DNA of 64,000 nt from Candidatus Thorarchaeota archaeon (GCA_963726195.1 CAVSBO010000010.1:1-64000), one strand, 5' to 3'; shown: positions 11,828 to 22,286, numbered from the stretch's first letter. The notes: generated by a model not told the origin, from the letters alone. Numbers and translations are program-made.

Positions 11828-11969
11828 CTTCTTTGATTACCGCTCTTCCCGTGGGCCGAGTTTGATGTGCAGTAGGGCTATCTATTGACCGACTAGAGTT
11901 GGCGCGCGCCAACCCATTGACATGTTTGCCTGGGCTGACTCCGGATAACGAGTCCGGGTTTATGGGGTC

Positions 11970-12308
11970 TTAATGGTGCCTCTTCCGGTCGTAGACAATA
12001 TCGCGGTCATCGAAGGTGAAGGCCTTCACGGTCTCATCGGCACACTGTGCGCAGTCTACGCACTTGACTTTCTTGTAGGCGCCGATCTGTCGACAATCTT
12101 TGCAGTATCGGTAGATGATTCTGTGGTCTCCCACACGTGCTATTCGCCCGGGTCCCTGAGGATCAAGATCGGTCTTGGTGTTGCGAAAAGGGTCCTCTGC
12201 GAGGTCCTCAAGTCGATGGTCAATCCGCTCCGCAGCCAGACGGTTTCTCTTTCTCAGTTTAGCCAATCTATCGAGAAACTCCCTTTGTGCGACAATTGCC
12301 CTCGTCAT
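11970..12308 (-). CDS. RelE/ParE-family toxin with Cys-rich insertion
   Basis: 'LEDLAEDPF...ARVGDHRIIY...DDRDIVY' RelE signature. Confidence 0.7.
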   Translation of the reverse strand: MTRAIVAQREFLDRLAKLRKRNRLAAERIDHRLEDLAEDPFRNTKTDLDPQGPGRIARVGDHRIIYRYCKDCRQIGAYKKVKCVDCAQCADETVKAFTFDDRDIVYDRKRHH

Positions 12309-13001
12309 TGTCCAGAATCTCCACTCCCGGGTGATAAGGCCGAAATGCTTCTCGTCGAGCCCGATTCATGCTGTCCAAGATGTCCTTATGGAACTCCTTA
12401 TCCTCCATGATGCTGAGAGTCTCTCTCACAGACTCGTCGGCCTCGAAGACTGCAGTCGTCTGGCTTTGAGGTCGGGGTTTGAGAAGGTATTGCCTGAGCG
12501 GAGTGTCGTCGACGCTCTTTGACGTAATCCGGTTCCGGAAGCTGTGGGATTCTTTGCGAGTTCTGCAGAAGGCAGGTCCCCATATTGAACTAAGGCATCC
12601 TCGATGGCCTGTAGGACTGCATCCTCAGGTCCTGTGCTTGGTAACTCCAGAATGCTCTTCACCAGTTCGGACCCCATCTCGGTGAGGCTGGCCAATCTCG
12701 CCTCGTCTCCTCGAAGGGTACTGACTTGCCGGGTTTCGACCAGCCCAAGGTCCTCCAGTTGTGCCATGGTGTTCTCTATGTCCTTAGACCACGGTCCTTG
12801 CTTCATCTTGATGAACCTGAAACCACTTGAGAGAATCTTCTGGCGCCACATCTCCTGTTCTGAGACAAAGAGCAGTTTGTGGACCTGTATCCTGGTCAGA
12901 GCCGCGTGCCCTCTCTCTTGGGCCTTCTGCAGCAGGGCGAGAATGACGACTTTGTTCTCTATAGAACGATCCTCGGGCAAAACCGTCCCCTCTATCATCA
13001 T
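12305..13001 (-). CDS. Panacea/SocA (DUF4065)-like putative antitoxin, frameshifted near 12540
   Basis: 'RIQVHKLLF...F.....GPWS..I' motif; directly upstream of the RelE-like gene. Confidence 0.55.
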
Positions 13002-13176
13002 CTACAAGCGGCCGGGTCCTAAAAAAGGCTACCTCAGACGCAATGTCCACGCGAGAGCACAGGAATCACCCGAGTCTGATACATCTTGAGGTGGCTAGGG
13101 GGTCGTTTCATGATTAGAATGGCTCAGCATCACTTCAGGTAGTCCAGTCTCGACGACAACGGTCGGAGATGTCATC

Positions 13177-13240
13177 AGCCCATTGCGGGCTATGGAGTGA
13201 GACCTTGAGATTGGCCGTTCAAATCGACCCCCCGCTACCA
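13177..13240 (+). repeat. Partial tRNA-iMet copy 4 (intron remnant plus 3' exon)
   Basis: AGCCCATTGCGGGCT hairpin, then GGAGTGAGACCTTGAGATTGGCCGTTCAAATCGACCCCCCGCTACCA. Confidence 0.9.
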
Positions 13241-13386
13241 TCTCGCTTTCTTGCACTTCTATTTCAGTCGATGGACTGAGTCTTTGCAGTCTAGACGAGA
13301 TGTGATTGGAAGATAGCGACATCTGAAGTCGACAAACCGTCATCTTAGCCATACCTTGTGGGTGATGATTCAGTACCCCGAGTTCC

Positions 13387-14385
13387 TCAATGGTCTAATG
13401 AGAAAGCTTTCTGCAATTCTCCCTTTCTATCATAACCAATGGTCTTGTTCCCGAAGTACCTCATCATGATCTCCTTGTCTCTCACTGGATTGCTCTTTGA
13501 GATATATCCGTAGATAGTCTCCCAAGCGACTCTTGAGAATCGATTCCGCTGATTTTCCCTAATGTGCCTCTTGAAGATGGCCTCGATATCCTTCTCTCTT
13601 TTGGACAATACCAGATTAATGAGCTGGAAGTCCAGACCCTGTTGCTCTGCCATCCAAGTCCCAAGTAGCCAGAAGCGCATTAACTCATAATACTCCTTTG
13701 CAACTGATTTGTAATCCGAGCGAAAGACTTTCGAGAACCAATCACCACCGCCAGTCTGATATCCAGTAGAGCTGGCCCAATTGCTGGGGGGTTTCTTGTT
13801 CCCAGAGGTCAGCTTCGCCTCAAAAAAGAACAACGCTCTGTCAGTACTGATGATGATGTCGGGCTCTGAACCCCTATTCTTCTGCTCACCAAACTCTGTC
13901 CTTGCCCTGTTCAATAGGGACCAGCTAGCGTGTTCTCTCTGGCTGTACGACCAATAGATTACCTCTGCGGATTTTGCGGACGTTCCAGTAATCGATTCCA
14001 AGCATCCTTCAATCAGGTTGTTTCTTTCTAGGAATCTGAAGATATTCCAACTGACAGCATCCTCACTTCTCTCCCGCACCATCCGACTTTCTCTTTTGAC
14101 TTTCTTTATTCTCTTCAGTAACTCCAAGTCTGATCGTTCTTTCCAAAGCAGATTATCTGATTCTTTCGGATATTCAAAGGTTGAACGCCAGATGACGATT
14201 CTGTGTCTTGGGCATATGGAGCCGGCTTCATTCTTGGGCGTGCCTTTCAGTTGTTTCTTCACCAGTTCACTGCAGCCCTTGACAGGACATTCAACAGTCT
14301 TTCCCGTGATTTTGATTGTTTCCTTCAGTTCATCTGTGCCGAGCAATTTCAGCCCCCTTGTCCGCTTGGATAGAATGAAACTCAC
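13387..14385 (-). CDS. Putative PD-(D/E)xK restriction-like endonuclease
   Basis: SEDAVSWNIF, SEPDIII...FFEAK, YYELMR motifs. Confidence 0.65.
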   Translation of the reverse strand: MSFILSKRTRGLKLLGTDELKETIKITGKTVECPVKGCSELVKKQLKGTPKNEAGSICPRHRIVIWRSTFEYPKESDNLLWKERSDLELLKRIKKVKRESRMVRERSEDAVSWNIFRFLERNNLIEGCLESITGTSAKSAEVIYWSYSQREHASWSLLNRARTEFGEQKNRGSEPDIIISTDRALFFFEAKLTSGNKKPPSNWASSTGYQTGGGDWFSKVFRSDYKSVAKEYYELMRFWLLGTWMAEQQGLDFQLINLVLSKREKDIEAIFKRHIRENQRNRFSRVAWETIYGYISKSNPVRDKEIMMRYFGNKTIGYDRKGELQKAFSLDH

Positions 14386-14422
14386 TATTCAGTCTTGTGA
14401 AGACTACTCAGTCTTGTGACCT

Positions 14423-14462
14423 ACACTCTGAGAACCGGTCGTTCAAATCGACCCCCGCTACC
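14423..14462 (+). repeat. Partial tRNA-iMet copy 5 (3' exon)
   Basis: ACACTCTGAGAACCGGTCGTTCAAATCGACCCCCGCTACC. Confidence 0.88.
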
Positions 14463-14543
14463 CTAACTCATCATGTCTAGCAACCGATTTATGTGCTGTT
14501 GAAGAATAATCTTACCGAGTAGGACTCGTGTGGAGGAACCGTC

Positions 14544-16571
14544 ATGTCCGCCGCTGAAGACCCCCTGAGAGAACTCTGGAATCGAATTGAGAAACTGACC
14601 GGAGTCTACACCCAGTTCATGGTTCTCGCCCTTGCAGCCAGAGGTCAGGAAGAATGGGTGCTGTTGCACTGTTCTGTAGTACTCTGCAGTACTCACCTGC
14701 CAAGGGCACCATCAGCTCCTTACCCGGAAGAGGAGTTTCTAGTGGCTCAGGGGGCCTATCCTATTTCGGAGCTGAAAGTATTTGTCTCAGACATTGAAAC
14801 GGAACACAAGATGCACATAGGAGGAGACGATATCACCATATGCTGGACCGGGAATGATTCCCCCCAGTGGTATCTGCTTCCCGATGACAAGCGTGACGCC
14901 AATTGGGCTGACTACAGAGGATACAGCATCATCGTTAGATACTCTACGGACTCTATGAGCCATGTTTTTTCCCTACTCCGAAGTGATCCGCAGTCTGAAC
15001 TGAGAGGTTACTATCGTCGCCCCTATTCTAGTCTGCGTGAGTTCGGAGAAGCAGTAATGGGCACCTCCTTGGACTCAAGCGGGATTGTGACCGTAGACAT
15101 AATTGCGCCAAGCTGGACATCCGTCGAGAGCCTGAATGTTGAGGAGACTTCGCTGGAAATCAGTTTTCGGGGTCCTAATAGAATCGAGAACCAAGTCGCG
15201 GTCTATGCTGACTTTGTTCAACCGACCAGACCGCTGGTTTCCTTGCAGCTATCCAGTGAAAGTGTGACGGTTTCAAATGACCCGGATTTCCCGGGCATAT
15301 CTCTGTATAAACACACATACCGGATCGTTAACTGGAGTACTCTAGCCCCAAACGTGGATGGCATACTCAATGTAAGTCTCTCACACCGTTCAGGGCTTCT
15401 CCTTGATTATTCTCATACTCTAATAACACGAACTAAGCATGCAGATGCCAATCCTAACAAAGTCGCTCGCGAGCATTTTGACCTTGCAGTGGAACTCTCA
15501 ACCAAGTGTATTTCAGAGAGAGATGGCAGGTTGCATCCTAAGGTCGGCGCAGTCGTCGTCAAGAATGGCCAAGTTGTGGTCAGTGCGTATAGGAATGAGA
15601 TGGGCCACGGTGACCACGCGGAGTACATTGCTCTTGAGCGAAAAGGCCGAGGGAACCCGGATGTCGAGGGCGCGGATTTGATTACCACATTAGAACCTTG
15701 TACCACAAGATCACATGACAAGCGCCCATGCACCTCTTGGATCAAGTCCCGAAGAATCCGGAAAGTCTGGATTGGAACGCTTGACTATAATCCCGGAGTA
15801 GCGGGCTTAGGCGAAATTGAGCTTCAGAAAGATGGAATAAGGATTGGAAGGTTCCCAGATGACCTTGCTGAGAGAATCCTCAGGGACAACAAGGACCTCT
15901 TCGAGGAAATTGAGAAGAAACAGCCGGTCATATCACAGGAAGACCAGAAACACGAGCGGGACTTAATCATTGAATCGCTTAGGGATTCTGTGCATCTGTC
16001 ATCTGATTTCGCCAACAGGCTAGTGGACGACAGTCTACGTAGTTCTTGGTCACAGAGATCAAAGAATGGACTCCTGAAAATTGCAGGAGAGAATCTAGAA
16101 CAAGCCGAAAAGCTAAAAGCTGCTATGAATCGAGCACTCGTCGCCCAGACCAATGATGCGTTTGGCTGGATTCGACTAGCGGACTACCTTGCAGAAATCG
16201 GGGAGAGCAGCTTGGCTTCATTAGCCTATTCTATTGCGACGAGAATAGATGCAACAATCGAGCGTGGCTGGTCAGGATTGGCCAAGAGCGAACTAAACGA
16301 CAACATCCACGATCTGTCTTGGCCGTATGTCGCGAGCACACAACCCATGGACAAGTCTCCAAGACAGCTGCACTCGCTTCAATGGGTCAAGCTTGCGGAA
16401 CATGAAACGAAAACCGCCACCAAGCTAAAGGCAATCTACAGAGCTCTCCAGCTCGGCAACAGGTCCCAAGAGTTGTGGGACATTCTAACGAAACTGTTTC
16501 TTGAGGAGACACCTGAGCCCCAGCAAAACTCTGATCTTGGGCAGCCCTTGCAGCTTACTGTGATGGAATAG
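14544..16571 (+). CDS. Large protein with central RibD-like deaminase domain and TPR-like tail
   Basis: HPKVGAVVVK, HAEYIALE, TTLEPCTTRSHDKRPC; closely similar to the 8330-9130 domain. Confidence 0.8.
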   Translation: MSAAEDPLRELWNRIEKLTGVYTQFMVLALAARGQEEWVLLHCSVVLCSTHLPRAPSAPYPEEEFLVAQGAYPISELKVFVSDIETEHKMHIGGDDITICWTGNDSPQWYLLPDDKRDANWADYRGYSIIVRYSTDSMSHVFSLLRSDPQSELRGYYRRPYSSLREFGEAVMGTSLDSSGIVTVDIIAPSWTSVESLNVEETSLEISFRGPNRIENQVAVYADFVQPTRPLVSLQLSSESVTVSNDPDFPGISLYKHTYRIVNWSTLAPNVDGILNVSLSHRSGLLLDYSHTLITRTKHADANPNKVAREHFDLAVELSTKCISERDGRLHPKVGAVVVKNGQVVVSAYRNEMGHGDHAEYIALERKGRGNPDVEGADLITTLEPCTTRSHDKRPCTSWIKSRRIRKVWIGTLDYNPGVAGLGEIELQKDGIRIGRFPDDLAERILRDNKDLFEEIEKKQPVISQEDQKHERDLIIESLRDSVHLSSDFANRLVDDSLRSSWSQRSKNGLLKIAGENLEQAEKLKAAMNRALVAQTNDAFGWIRLADYLAEIGESSLASLAYSIATRIDATIERGWSGLAKSELNDNIHDLSWPYVASTQPMDKSPRQLHSLQWVKLAEHETKTATKLKAIYRALQLGNRSQELWDILTKLFLEETPEPQQNSDLGQPLQLTVME

Positions 16572-16856
16572 GAGAAAGGCGGCATGCGAACATCTGCTTC
16601 ACAAAGTCTCAACTAGACTTGTACGGGTCAGGACCCGAAGTGGTCAGCAAGACCGTGGACCCTCAACGTGTTGTTCCAGTCCTGCTGGAATTCAGGACCG
16701 AACTTGCTAAATGGCGGCGATTTGACAACGCACATCTAAATGCCGCAATCAAACGGACAACTCCGAGTATTGGCACTCAGCCCAAGCATTTGGCTGATTC
16801 AGAGTCTGCGTAGGTGCAGGCTTGCATGAGTGGTAGGACACTCTCAAATTCCCGCG

Positions 16857-16943
16857 TCCAGCAGGGCTCATATGATTTCTGTCGTGATTGACAGAATTTT
16901 GACACACGCTGAGACCGGTCGTTCAAATCGACCCCCGCTGCCA
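16857..16943 (+). repeat. Partial tRNA-iMet copy 6 (with divergent intron)
   Basis: TCCAGCAGGGCTCATA...CTGAGACCGGTCGTTCAAATCGACCCCCGCTGCCA. Confidence 0.9.
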
Positions 16944-16950
16944 TTTCAGC

Positions 16951-17748
16951 TTGACAACCGAACGCTTATCTCAAAGTGCAGACTCCATCAACCGTGGGGC
17001 AAACGTGGTGACAGACAAGAGGAGCGTTCTCAGCAATCTGTCCGCGCTTGTTGCCTGTGCAGTCTGTTATCTACCAGTAATTGCGGGCATCATCAGTTGG
17101 ATGGTGTGGGTTCTGCCTGCTTGGTATGCGACTTGGTATGGGCTAGGCTACGTGGTTCCTTTTTCTGCCACATGGTCAGGGCTCTGGGACCCGACTTGGG
17201 ACCCAATCACACACACCCAAAACATGGCGGTTGTCGCAGTTCTGTGGACGGCGTCGCTCGGTACGTTCTTGCCGGGTCTTGCGCTGCTTCTCTATGGACT
17301 CATCACGATGGCCAGAGCGCGAGTCGCCAATCGGGGTTTGGTGACGGACGGCCCCTATCGATGGATCCGTCATCCTCAACATCTGGGAATCATTCTGATG
17401 CTGTTTCTGCCTGCTCTGCATTGTGTCTTGCGCCCGACATGGTACATCCGAGTTGGCGATCTCATCTCTGTGTCGCTCGTGACCTTTCTTCTCCTTGTCG
17501 TTGCAGACCTTGAAGAGGTGAACCTTGCGCGCAGATACGGTCCAGAATATGCGGACTATTGCAGCCGGACCCCGTTTATTATTCCCATCGATGCCACTCT
17601 GAGATTCCGTCTTGAACACACTGTGTTTGCCCGAGGAAGACCAGCACGATACGTTCTGGGACTTCTTGTTTTCTGGGTTTGGCTTGTCATCCTGTCATTC
17701 CTCTTTCAATTGCTACCACCCGGATGGGTCGCGTGGGTTCGGGAGTGA
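16951..17748 (+). CDS. Isoprenylcysteine carboxyl methyltransferase / PEMT-family membrane protein
   Basis: LVTDGPYRWIRHPQH and EE..L...YG.EY..Y motifs; TM segments. Confidence 0.8.
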   Translation: MTTERLSQSADSINRGANVVTDKRSVLSNLSALVACAVCYLPVIAGIISWMVWVLPAWYATWYGLGYVVPFSATWSGLWDPTWDPITHTQNMAVVAVLWTASLGTFLPGLALLLYGLITMARARVANRGLVTDGPYRWIRHPQHLGIILMLFLPALHCVLRPTWYIRVGDLISVSLVTFLLLVVADLEEVNLARRYGPEYADYCSRTPFIIPIDATLRFRLEHTVFARGRPARYVLGLLVFWVWLVILSFLFQLLPPGWVAWVRE

Positions 17749-17787
17749 CACCCTTAGATTGGCCGTTCAAATCGACCCCCGCTACCA
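17742..17787 (+). repeat. Partial tRNA-iMet copy 7 (intron end plus 3' exon)
   Basis: GGAGTGACACCCTTAGATTGGCCGTTCAAATCGACCCCCGCTACCA. Confidence 0.9.
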
Positions 17788-17922
17788 TTTTCTCTTGCTA
17801 ATCACATCAGCCTGCAGTTCCACGGGTCTATGGTTGGCGGTCAATGAGAAGATGAACAGTCTCTCGACTGAGTCGAGGGCAGAGTTTATGAAGAATACTC
17901 CAAACTAATCAGCAGGTGATTC

Positions 17923-18276
17923 TTGGGATTGAGTTTCGTATTCAACGTCAAGGCACAAACGGTGCCCACGATTCTGATTGTCGTAGGGGCGTTTCTTATG
18001 GTGACTGGGGAGTTCGTGGGAGATGCTTGGCTAGCGAACGCTGGCTGGACGTGCGTAGTCCTAGGCTTGTTCGTCGAAGTTCTATACATCATAACTCCTT
18101 GCAGGGCAGCAACTTGGACGTCACCAGTCGTTCCTAAGGCCGCACTGTCGCTGGAAAGCGCCCATGAAAGCCCACGTGGAGTGGAGAGAATACTGCCATC
18201 CAAGTCCCTGAAGAGGCGCAAACCATTGTTGCGAATAATCTCTAGTAGCGCGAACCTCCGGATGCCCTCATCCTGA
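17923..18276 (+). CDS. Small membrane protein
   Basis: Two hydrophobic segments; start uncertain. Confidence 0.35.
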   Translation: MGLSFVFNVKAQTVPTILIVVGAFLMVTGEFVGDAWLANAGWTCVVLGLFVEVLYIITPCRAATWTSPVVPKAALSLESAHESPRGVERILPSKSLKRRKPLLRIISSSANLRMPSS

Positions 18277-18454
18277 AGCACCTCTTCGATTCCCTTAATC
18301 TCCTGCAGGTGATAGGGGCCCAGCCTATGAACAACTAGATGCTGTGGGCTCTGGTTCATACGTTCACGGTGAACACGCAGGAGCATTCTTGTTATAGCCT
18401 TTGAATCCTCATCAGCTCACCGAGGCGGAATCACTATAGGGATTAGAGAGCTGT

Positions 18455-19507
18455 TTGAACACGGATGCTCGATGTCTGAAATGCTTCCTCGGGTCGCATC
18501 CGAGACTTCGTCGGCTGGAACGAAATGATGTCAATGGAAGCTCACGCAAAGCACGAGTTGGAGCAAAACAATTCATTCTGTCTGTTCTCGGGTTCGAAAA
18601 CAAGAGCGAATACGATGCTGCATTGACTGTCGTCCGTATGAAGCTAGAAGAGAAGGCGAAAGAAGAAGCTCTCCAATGGTCAGACGAAGAGAAGGAGTCC
18701 CAGATTAGATCCATGTCCGAGAAGGGAGATACCTTTGATGAAATTCGTGAATTGTTCTTTCTCGGACAGGAAGAGCAAGAGTCAAGGAGCGAGGCGATAC
18801 ATCGCAGGATAGTAATCGACAACATAATCCTGAGGGTTCTTGGATTGCGCACCAAGGATGAATTCAAACGTCAACGCCATAACCTATTGGCTCGCAATCG
18901 CTACAGGAGAACACGAGAAACAGGCTTCTTCGAGGGCAAGAAGGCTGCGCTTGAACGGGATGGGCATAGGTGTGTGGTCACTGGCGAAATAGAGAACCTA
19001 ACAATTCATCACATCGATGGAAATGAATCCAACAACAATCTCGTGAATCTTGTGACTGTATCGAGGAAGGTTCAGACAATCTTGCATAATGGTGTAAGAG
19101 CGATGGCACCCAAGGACATTGAGTATTGGCAACGTCAAGCGCCACCGTACGCGGAGCGTTTGAGAGAACGCCTCGACCTAATACAGAAGTACGTAGCCCA
19201 CGTTAGGAGCAAGGGGCATGAATCCGCTTGTCTGGAGTGCATCTCCGGGTATAACCTCTTCGGGCCTGCCCAACATCACAAGAAGCTGCACATAACTGAC
19301 CGAATGAAGAGACTTGACTACAGCTATTGGGTTGCAGTGCTTGAACCAACTGGTCTCCATGAGGAGCCCAAGGAATTTGTCCCCCGCGGGTATTCGGATT
19401 GGGATAAAGAGGACGACGAGGATGATTTGGGTTCTGACGAACTCGGCTTCGATGAGGGCTTGGAAGACGAGGAACAAAGTGGTGCGGACGATTTGGATGA
19501 TGAGTAG
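18455..19507 (+). CDS. HNH endonuclease-domain protein with acidic tail
   Basis: ALERDGHRC...LTIHHIDGNESNNNLVNLVTV. Confidence 0.7.
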   Translation: MNTDARCLKCFLGSHPRLRRLERNDVNGSSRKARVGAKQFILSVLGFENKSEYDAALTVVRMKLEEKAKEEALQWSDEEKESQIRSMSEKGDTFDEIRELFFLGQEEQESRSEAIHRRIVIDNIILRVLGLRTKDEFKRQRHNLLARNRYRRTRETGFFEGKKAALERDGHRCVVTGEIENLTIHHIDGNESNNNLVNLVTVSRKVQTILHNGVRAMAPKDIEYWQRQAPPYAERLRERLDLIQKYVAHVRSKGHESACLECISGYNLFGPAQHHKKLHITDRMKRLDYSYWVAVLEPTGLHEEPKEFVPRGYSDWDKEDDEDDLGSDELGFDEGLEDEEQSGADDLDDE

Positions 19508-19543
19508 CGCGGATGTTACTGTAGGGCTGCTTCTGTGATGCGA

Positions 19544-19590
19544 GGAGTGAAACCCTGAGACCGGTCGTTCAAATCGACCCCCCGCTACCA
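19544..19590 (+). repeat. Partial tRNA-iMet copy 8 (intron end plus 3' exon)
   Basis: GGAGTGAAACCCTGAGACCGGTCGTTCAAATCGACCCCCCGCTACCA. Confidence 0.92.
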
Positions 19591-19764
19591 TCTCCTTCCT
19601 GTCTTTCCAAAACTTGATAGCAGCAGAAGACAACGAAACGAAAGGCGCAATAGTATTCGGGCGTTCTTGGGAAGAACCGTCTGAGTACTTCTTTGCCTTC
19701 AGTGTTCTTGCCTCAACGAATATTGAGGTGTTTCGTACATGCCCTTGAGGGGAGATGAATCATA

Positions 19765-20454
19765 GTGGCGTCAGGAGAAGAAGTGCCAAGTGAAACGCCA
19801 TCCATGGTTGTGAAGCACTCGCATCGTGCTCTCATCCAGATAGTCATTGCGTCTGCAGTCCTGGTACTGCTTGTTCCCTTGGACTCCACTTTGGCAACAT
19901 ACTGGTTCGCTATCATCTTCCTTTGGTCGTTCCTGATGTGGTTTTTCGGAAAGGCACAGATCCATGCAAGCATCAGAGAACTACGGTCTGACCTAGCACA
20001 CAGCTGGTATGTAATTGTCCTTGTTGTCTTTGGAGTACAGACTTGCGCTACACTGTTTCTGACGTACGTGTTCCCACAAGCTGGAGAGCATGCAATGCAC
20101 CGCGTTCCCTTCGACCCTGATACTGATTTGCTCACATTCTTGGTCATTGTTGTTCTATATGGCCCTGTAGTGGAGGAGTTTATCTTCCGTGGCATAGTTC
20201 AGGAAAATCTAGCCCGGTTTGTTTCGGAGGGTCGGGCAAATGCTCTCACGTCTGCTGTCTTCGCCTTCATCCACTGGTCTCCGGGAGCCGCATCAAGCAT
20301 AGCGATAGACCTGCTGATTGTCTTCATAAGCAGCCTATTCTTCGGTCTAATCTACTCAAGAACCCGAAACATCGTGACTAGCATTCTAGCGCATTCGGGG
20401 TTCAATCTCTATGGTCCTGTTCTTGGTCATCTCTTAGATTTGTTCGGTCCTTGA
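19765..20454 (+). CDS. CPBP (CAAX/Abi) intramembrane metalloprotease
   Basis: EEFIFRG, FAFIHW, AHSGFN motifs. Confidence 0.85.
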   Translation: MASGEEVPSETPSMVVKHSHRALIQIVIASAVLVLLVPLDSTLATYWFAIIFLWSFLMWFFGKAQIHASIRELRSDLAHSWYVIVLVVFGVQTCATLFLTYVFPQAGEHAMHRVPFDPDTDLLTFLVIVVLYGPVVEEFIFRGIVQENLARFVSEGRANALTSAVFAFIHWSPGAASSIAIDLLIVFISSLFFGLIYSRTRNIVTSILAHSGFNLYGPVLGHLLDLFGP

Positions 20455-20504
20455 CCATGTAGAAGATGCAGCGGATTATCAGAAACCCAGAGTGCGCTCC
20501 AGAG

Positions 20505-20542
20505 CCCTAGAATCGATCGTTCGAATCGACCGCCCGCTACCA
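20505..20542 (+). repeat. Partial tRNA-iMet copy 9 (3' exon, resident-like allele)
   Basis: CCCTAGAATCGATCGTTCGAATCGACCGCCCGCTACCA. Confidence 0.88.
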
Positions 20543-20590
20543 TTCTCCTACTCATGCGCTAGCAGAACAACAGGATGGAAATTACCTGTT

Positions 20591-21580
20591 CTATTCTGTT
20601 TCAGCCCATGTGTCCATAAGGGTCTGAAGTTCCTGCTGCCGCTTGCCGCGTGCTTTTCCTACACCAAACTCAATCTTCGCTCTCTCTACAAGTTCATCGG
20701 TCCTTTCGCAATATGGAGTGTAGAACTGGCCGAGCTTGACGAGACCGAGGTTGTTGTCGATTATCTCTTTCATTGCAGGATTGATTTCAAATCCGAAGTA
20801 ATGTCTGTACGACCCCTTGCAGGCGACTGCGGTTGTGCCGTTGCCCATGAATGGGTCGAACACGATTTCCCCAGGACGCGATGTGAAGTCCAGACACCGC
20901 ATGATCAATGCCTCTGGCAGTTTCGTGCTGTTCTTCAACTCTGCCTTCCTGTATGTCCGTTTCATCTCCCAGACATCAAGTGGATAGTGCTCAATCTTGT
21001 TGAAGTAGTACTCCTTGAGATTCTTGGCCAAGAAGAGCAGATGATAGTGGCTAGTGACAAACTTCCTCCGGGTGAAGACTCCAAACTGGTATTTCCATAC
21101 GATGTGATTCACAACTGTCAGTCCATGCTTCTTGACAGCATTGAGGACGTCGCCAAGATTAGTCCACCCACTGAAAATCCATGCCGTGCTGGCCGGTTTC
21201 ATCAGACGCGGAAGCTCTGCGACCCAAGAGTCTGTGAAAATTGAGTAGTCGCCCTTGATCTCTTGGTAACCTTCCACTACTAGAGACTCGTCCCTGTTGT
21301 AGATTGATTCTTTTCCATTGAAGGATATACCGAACGGAGGATCCGCAACTACCACGTCGACGGATTCCTCGGGCAACTTGCGCATCCCTTCGATGCAGTC
21401 CTCGTATTGCACGGAGTCCAGTTTGAACGGTGCAGAAGCTGCTCTATACGCCTCCAGAGCCTCTTCGCGTGTCCAGTCACTCGTGGGTTTGAACTTAGCC
21501 GCAGCCACGTGGGGCACGTATGGGTTCTTTCTCTTCTTCCGTGGCGTTCCTACGTCTGAAGGTGACATCTCACAATCCAT
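20591..21580 (-). CDS. Site-specific DNA methyltransferase (N6A/N4C, beta class)
   Basis: DPPF catalytic motif precedes VFDPFMGNGTT SAM-binding motif. Confidence 0.88.
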   Translation of the reverse strand: MDCEMSPSDVGTPRKKRKNPYVPHVAAAKFKPTSDWTREEALEAYRAASAPFKLDSVQYEDCIEGMRKLPEESVDVVVADPPFGISFNGKESIYNRDESLVVEGYQEIKGDYSIFTDSWVAELPRLMKPASTAWIFSGWTNLGDVLNAVKKHGLTVVNHIVWKYQFGVFTRRKFVTSHYHLLFLAKNLKEYYFNKIEHYPLDVWEMKRTYRKAELKNSTKLPEALIMRCLDFTSRPGEIVFDPFMGNGTTAVACKGSYRHYFGFEINPAMKEIIDNNLGLVKLGQFYTPYCERTDELVERAKIEFGVGKARGKRQQELQTLMDTWAETE

Positions 21581-21611
21581 TTCCTATGCTTCTCTTATAA
21601 GAGTCACTTTA

Positions 21612-22286
21612 TCATGCGCGAAGTGTGACCACGGCGCTCCTTGGTATTCGGTCAACGTTGACAAGATACTTAGCTCTGCGGGGGGACCCATCAGCGTTTC
21701 TCATTCCTTCCTGAAATCGCTGGACCCATTCTTCTCTGGAGCCCCTATCCAAGGTTGCCCTGTCGAAGATGACAACTTGGTAGCTCTTCACATCGAACAA
21801 GGTTTTTCTCATTCTCGATGGAGCACCACGCGCTATTCGCTGCCTTTCATAGTCGCTCTTGCCGCCCTTCAGTGCATCATGCCATTCCTTGAAACTCCCG
21901 TCCTCGTCAAAACTCGCTTCGCCTGAGGCAATGATGAACCCGACACCTCCGTGATCTCTCAGGCACAAGTCAACTGCTTCGATATCGTTCAGTATCATCC
22001 AAGGATGGGTCGAAGAGTTTGTGATATGTGTCTTGAAATCCCAGACTCGCCCACCTTTCAGATAGTCAAATTCGGTATTGCCGTACCTAGGCCCTTTTGA
22101 TCCGCCAAACTTACTCCTTAGGACTAGATATGCCTTGTACTCGAAGTACCACCCTATCCACTCCATCTGTTTCCACTGATGATTGGCATTCTTCAGCTCG
22201 ATGATACATTCTTTCCCGTCCCACTGGTGCTTCAAATCGTGGTCTAGTACTTCACAGAATTGCTTGGCCTCTTCTCCGAAATCCAC
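21612..22286 (-). CDS. Putative type II restriction endonuclease
   Basis: E...FD...WDFK PD-(D/E)xK-like pattern; co-oriented directly upstream of the methylase. Confidence 0.55.
   Translation of the reverse strand: MDFGEEAKQFCEVLDHDLKHQWDGKECIIELKNANHQWKQMEWIGWYFEYKAYLVLRSKFGGSKGPRYGNTEFDYLKGGRVWDFKTHITNSSTHPWMILNDIEAVDLCLRDHGGVGFIIASGEASFDEDGSFKEWHDALKGGKSDYERQRIARGAPSRMRKTLFDVKSYQVVIFDRATLDRGSREEWVQRFQEGMRNADGSPRRAKYLVNVDRIPRSAVVTLRA

Noticed and set aside
13095-13352. Recurrent small ORFs containing MVAGGRFERP or ETGRSNRPP (also near 9714, 11662, 16830, 19178, 25071, 26451)
   Set aside because: These are translations of the tRNA repeat in various frames, not a protein family.
8330-16571. 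Riboflavin biosynthesis ribD genes
   Set aside because: No reductase domain, no rib genes nearby, TPR-like fusions and cassette context.
20492-21926. Long antisense ORFs 20492-21244 and 21318-21926
   Set aside because: They are shadows of the methylase and REase genes on the opposite strand and have no motifs.
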